From Dehalococcoidia bacterium (GTDB lineage: Bacteria > Chloroflexota > Dehalococcoidia > Lucifugimonadales > JAGWBF01): 64,000 nt of DNA. Under the pieces are notes generated by a model. The model searched no databases, was not told the DNA's origin, and saw only the letters and a program-made list of their open reading frames with translations. How positions within the stretch are numbered: position 1 is the stretch's first letter; each line of letters begins with the position of its first letter. This document shows positions 61,169 to 64,000 of this stretch, piece after piece. The stretch lies in NCBI GenBank assembly GCA_034421095.1, contig DAOUKR010000009.1, positions 12,694 to 76,693 of the forward strand. Direction: 5' to 3'. The translations under genes were made by a program, and so were the position numbers.

Positions 61169-62602
61169 TCAGTCTTCCAACACCCAAAGGTCTTTGCCAC
61201 CCCCACCTTGACTGGAGTTCACCACCAGGCTCCCCCGTCGTAAGGCGACGCGACAGAAGGCGCCGGGGACCATGCGGGTCTCCTGCCCGTGAAGTACAAA
61301 GGGGCGTAAGTCCACGTGCCGAGGCTCAAAGCTGCCCTCAATGAGGCATGGAGCCCGGGAAAGGGCCAGTACGGGTTGGGATATGAAATCGGCAGGGTTG
61401 GCCCGCAACTCCACGGAGTAGTCTTCCCGCTCCTGCTTGGTAGCGTGAGGACCTACGAGCATACCGTAGCCCCCGGAGCCACCCACCCGCTTCACCACCA
61501 AGTTCTCCAGGTTGTCCAGCGTGTATTCCAACTCCTCGGGCCGGCGGCAAAGGAAGGTCTCCACGTTAGCCAGGATAGCCTCTTCTCCCAGGTAATAGCG
61601 AATCATATCTGGTACGTAGGAGTATACGCTCTTATCATCGGCAACCCCGGTGCCCGGCGCATTTACCAGGGCTACATTCCCCAGCTTGTAGGCGTGAAGG
61701 AGGCCCGGCACTCCAAGGAGGGAGTCAGGACGGAAAACCAACGGGTCGAGAAAATCGTCGTCCACCCGACGGTAAATCACGTCCACCCGGCGTAGTCCCG
61801 TTGTGGTGCGCATGTAGACAAAGCCGTCATTCACCAGCAGGTCCCGCCCCTCCACCAACTCCGCGCCGATTTCCCGGGCCAGGAACATGTGCTCGTAAAA
61901 GGCCGAGTTGTAGACCCCGGGGGTCAGCAGGGCGATGCACGGCTCGGAACGCCCACCCGGAGCAAGTTCAAGAAGGGTCTTCAGGAGCATACTCCCATAG
62001 TGCTCCACTTCTTGCACGCGAGAGCTTCTGTAAAGACGCCGCAGGCTGGCCTTCACCGCCTTCCGGTTGGCAATCATGTATGAGACACCGGAAGGGACGC
62101 GAAGGTTGTCTTCCAGAACTCGAAAACCGTCGTTGGTGCGCACCAGATCGGTCCCGCAGATAGATACCCATGTGCTATGGGGCATGGAGAAGCCACGCAT
62201 CTCAATACGATACTGGGGACACCCCCGCACCACGTCCACGGGGATTACCCCGTCTTCGATTATGCGGGCCTCGTTGTAGACGTCCTCCAGGAAGAGGTTC
62301 AAGGCTTTTAGACGCTGGGTCAACCCGGTCTCCAGATGGCGCCATTCTCCAGCCGAGAGCAGTCGCGGCAGGCAATCTACCGGTATGATTCGCTCCTCAC
62401 CCTCTTCGTCTCCGTAAACCGTGAAAGAGATGCTTTCGTTGGAGAAAGACCTGGTGACCCTCTCCTGAATACTGCCAAGCTCTTCAGAGGATAGCAAACC
62501 CAGGACCTCGTTAAGACCAAGACAGTGCTCCCTGGGCGAACCGTCAGGGAGGAACATCTCGTCGTAGATGGCCGGGTCAAGCTGGTAACCATCAAAGTTC
62601 AT
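61169..62602 (-). CDS. Circularly permuted type-2 ATP-grasp protein (DUF404/DUF407)
   Basis: 477 aa. The order ATP-grasp, alpha-E, transglutaminase is the conserved three-gene operon described for this family. It also has the GGYGM nucleotide-loop-like motif (VGGSGGYGMLVGP). Confidence 0.7.
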   Translation of the reverse strand: MNFDGYQLDPAIYDEMFLPDGSPREHCLGLNEVLGLLSSEELGSIQERVTRSFSNESISFTVYGDEEGEERIIPVDCLPRLLSAGEWRHLETGLTQRLKALNLFLEDVYNEARIIEDGVIPVDVVRGCPQYRIEMRGFSMPHSTWVSICGTDLVRTNDGFRVLEDNLRVPSGVSYMIANRKAVKASLRRLYRSSRVQEVEHYGSMLLKTLLELAPGGRSEPCIALLTPGVYNSAFYEHMFLAREIGAELVEGRDLLVNDGFVYMRTTTGLRRVDVIYRRVDDDFLDPLVFRPDSLLGVPGLLHAYKLGNVALVNAPGTGVADDKSVYSYVPDMIRYYLGEEAILANVETFLCRRPEELEYTLDNLENLVVKRVGGSGGYGMLVGPHATKQEREDYSVELRANPADFISQPVLALSRAPCLIEGSFEPRHVDLRPFVLHGQETRMVPGAFCRVALRRGSLVVNSSQGGGGKDLWVLED

Positions 62603-62611
62603 GGCAGTCGG

Positions 62612-64000
62612 TTATGCCTCCACTTCGGCCGTAGCCTCATCAGGAATCTCCGTGTCTTCCCGGGCCTGCTCCTGCCCTTCTTGTCCTTCCCCTTCAATGA
62701 GGGTTGGGGGAGGTGCCAAGGGCAATTCAATGGTCATCAGGGTGAACTCGCCCGGCTCAGTTTCAACACGAATGGAGCCGCCATGACTCCGCACGATGTC
62801 ATGGCACATGGCAAGTCCAAGGCCCGTACCCTGGCCGGTGGGCTTGGTGGTGAAGAAGGCATTGAAGATTTTATCTATGACATCCTCCGGAATCCCGTTT
62901 CCGTTGTCTCTGATGCCTATTTCGGCGTGGTCCTCTCCCCGCCGGGTAGTCAGCAACAGGGTCGGCATGTAGGTATTGCCACTTTTCCCTGCGTTCTCCC
63001 GCCGCTTCTGGTCAGTGGCATAGCAAGCATTACTGACCATGTTCAGAAAGACTCGCCCCATATCCTGGGGAATTACTTCCAGTTCACCCATGTCCGGGTC
63101 CAGGTCCTGCACCAGGTCAAGATTGAAATCCGGGTCGGTAGCCCGGGCACTGTGATAGGCGAGACGCGCGTGTTCATCGAGCAGGTTGTTGATGTTGGTA
63201 GCCTCTGCTACCGCCGTGCCTCTGCCCATCTGAAGCATGTCGTGGACGATTCGGTTGGCCCGTTCCCCGTGGGACCGGATACGTCCCAGATTGTCGCGCA
63301 GGTCTCCGAAAATGTCCTCAACCATCCCTGTCTGCTCATCGGTGAGAGCCGCCCCTTCCTCATTAAGGACATCTTGCAACTCGGTGACCAGCTCCTGGGA
63401 AACCTCGGAGAAATTGTTGACAAAATTCAAGGGGTTTCTTATCTCGTGGGCCACTCCTGCCGTTAGTTCACCTAGGGAAGCCAGTTTCTCTCTCATGACA
63501 ATCTGGTCCTGCGCTCGCCGCAGGTCTTCCAGCACGCTCTCCAGTTCCTCGTTCTTTCCCTGGAGCTCCTCTGCCAATCGTTCCACCAGGTTCAGGCGCT
63601 GTGCCTCAAGGGCATTTCGGCGGAATACCTCCAAGGCGTAAGCCATCTCGGCCACCTCGTCCCTACCGCTCACCTCTACCCTGGCCTCCAGATCCCCGTC
63701 GGCCATGCGACGCATCCAGTCCAACAGAAGCTTGAGGCGACTGAGCAGTATCCTGCCAACGAACACCCACGCAATAATCAAACCGCCGACAATGCTTATA
63801 ACGCTGATGACTATCAGCAGAGTACGGCCTGTCAGTACCGCTTGACCCAAGGCATCGGTCGCCCCATCAGCATTCAAGCGAGCCGCTTCTACTTGGCCGT
63901 TGACATCCCGGAGCATTGCGATGGCTATTTCGCGATTGCTGGTGAGGAGGTCCCGTTGACTCTGCTCCAACAGAAGCCGGGAGGCCAGCAGGTCGAACCC
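62612..64000 (-). CDS. Sensor histidine kinase (TM-HAMP-HisKA-HATPase), 5' end outside the window
   Basis: The frame is open to base 64000. It has a TM helix (LLIVISVISIVGGLIIAWVFV), HAMP, the H-box LTAGVAHEIRNPLN, the N-box NACYAT, and G-boxes DNGNGIP and GTGLGL. Confidence 0.85.
   Translation of the reverse strand, partial: GFDLLASRLLLEQSQRDLLTSNREIAIAMLRDVNGQVEAARLNADGATDALGQAVLTGRTLLIVISVISIVGGLIIAWVFVGRILLSRLKLLLDWMRRMADGDLEARVEVSGRDEVAEMAYALEVFRRNALEAQRLNLVERLAEELQGKNEELESVLEDLRRAQDQIVMREKLASLGELTAGVAHEIRNPLNFVNNFSEVSQELVTELQDVLNEEGAALTDEQTGMVEDIFGDLRDNLGRIRSHGERANRIVHDMLQMGRGTAVAEATNINNLLDEHARLAYHSARATDPDFNLDLVQDLDPDMGELEVIPQDMGRVFLNMVSNACYATDQKRRENAGKSGNTYMPTLLLTTRRGEDHAEIGIRDNGNGIPEDVIDKIFNAFFTTKPTGQGTGLGLAMCHDIVRSHGGSIRVETEPGEFTLMTIELPLAPPPTLIEGEGQEGQEQAREDTEIPDEATAEVEA

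Overview
This is a gene-dense chromosomal segment with about 60 CDS and 2 tRNAs. I found no rRNA, CRISPR array, transposase or integrase. The bacterium is moderately GC-rich. Its gene content suggests an aerobic Chloroflexota/SAR202-like organism: several luciferase-like monooxygenases, NHL and SMP-30 beta-propellers, a lactonase-like amidohydrolase, a caa3-type oxidase cluster, frequent GTG/TTG starts and GC-rich palindromic repeats. That assignment is inference only.

Housekeeping blocks:
- thrS-infC-rpmI-rplT
- rel, rpsT, lexA
- rsmD-coaD, polA, plsY, xth
- a complete ctaA-ctaB-coxII-I-III-IV-ctaG-SCO1 respiratory cluster
- isocitrate lyase plus malate synthase

Accessory content:
- an AT-richer type II restriction-modification pair
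- a peptide/nickel-type ABC importer without ATPase genes
- a sensor kinase followed by the conserved circularly permuted ATP-grasp / alpha-E / transglutaminase operon

Main items from the hunt:
1. Two probable selenoprotein genes that the ORF track splits or truncates at in-frame TGA. One is an AhpD/CMD-like CxxU protein. The other is a glutaredoxin-like protein with a C-terminal Sec. Each has a SECIS-like hairpin at the expected distance.
2. A translationally coupled panD plus two SAM-methyltransferase operon, possibly beta-alanine N-methylation. A near-consensus promoter and a roughly 390-nt highly structured leader or ncRNA precede it.
3. Two unannotated tandem desulforedoxin-like mini-ORFs, below the 60-aa track cutoff.
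4. A tandem CE7 esterase pair in which the second copy lacks the nucleophile serine.
5. Several families of hairpin repeats that produce spurious ORFs.

All functional calls come from motif recognition by eye. No database search was run.
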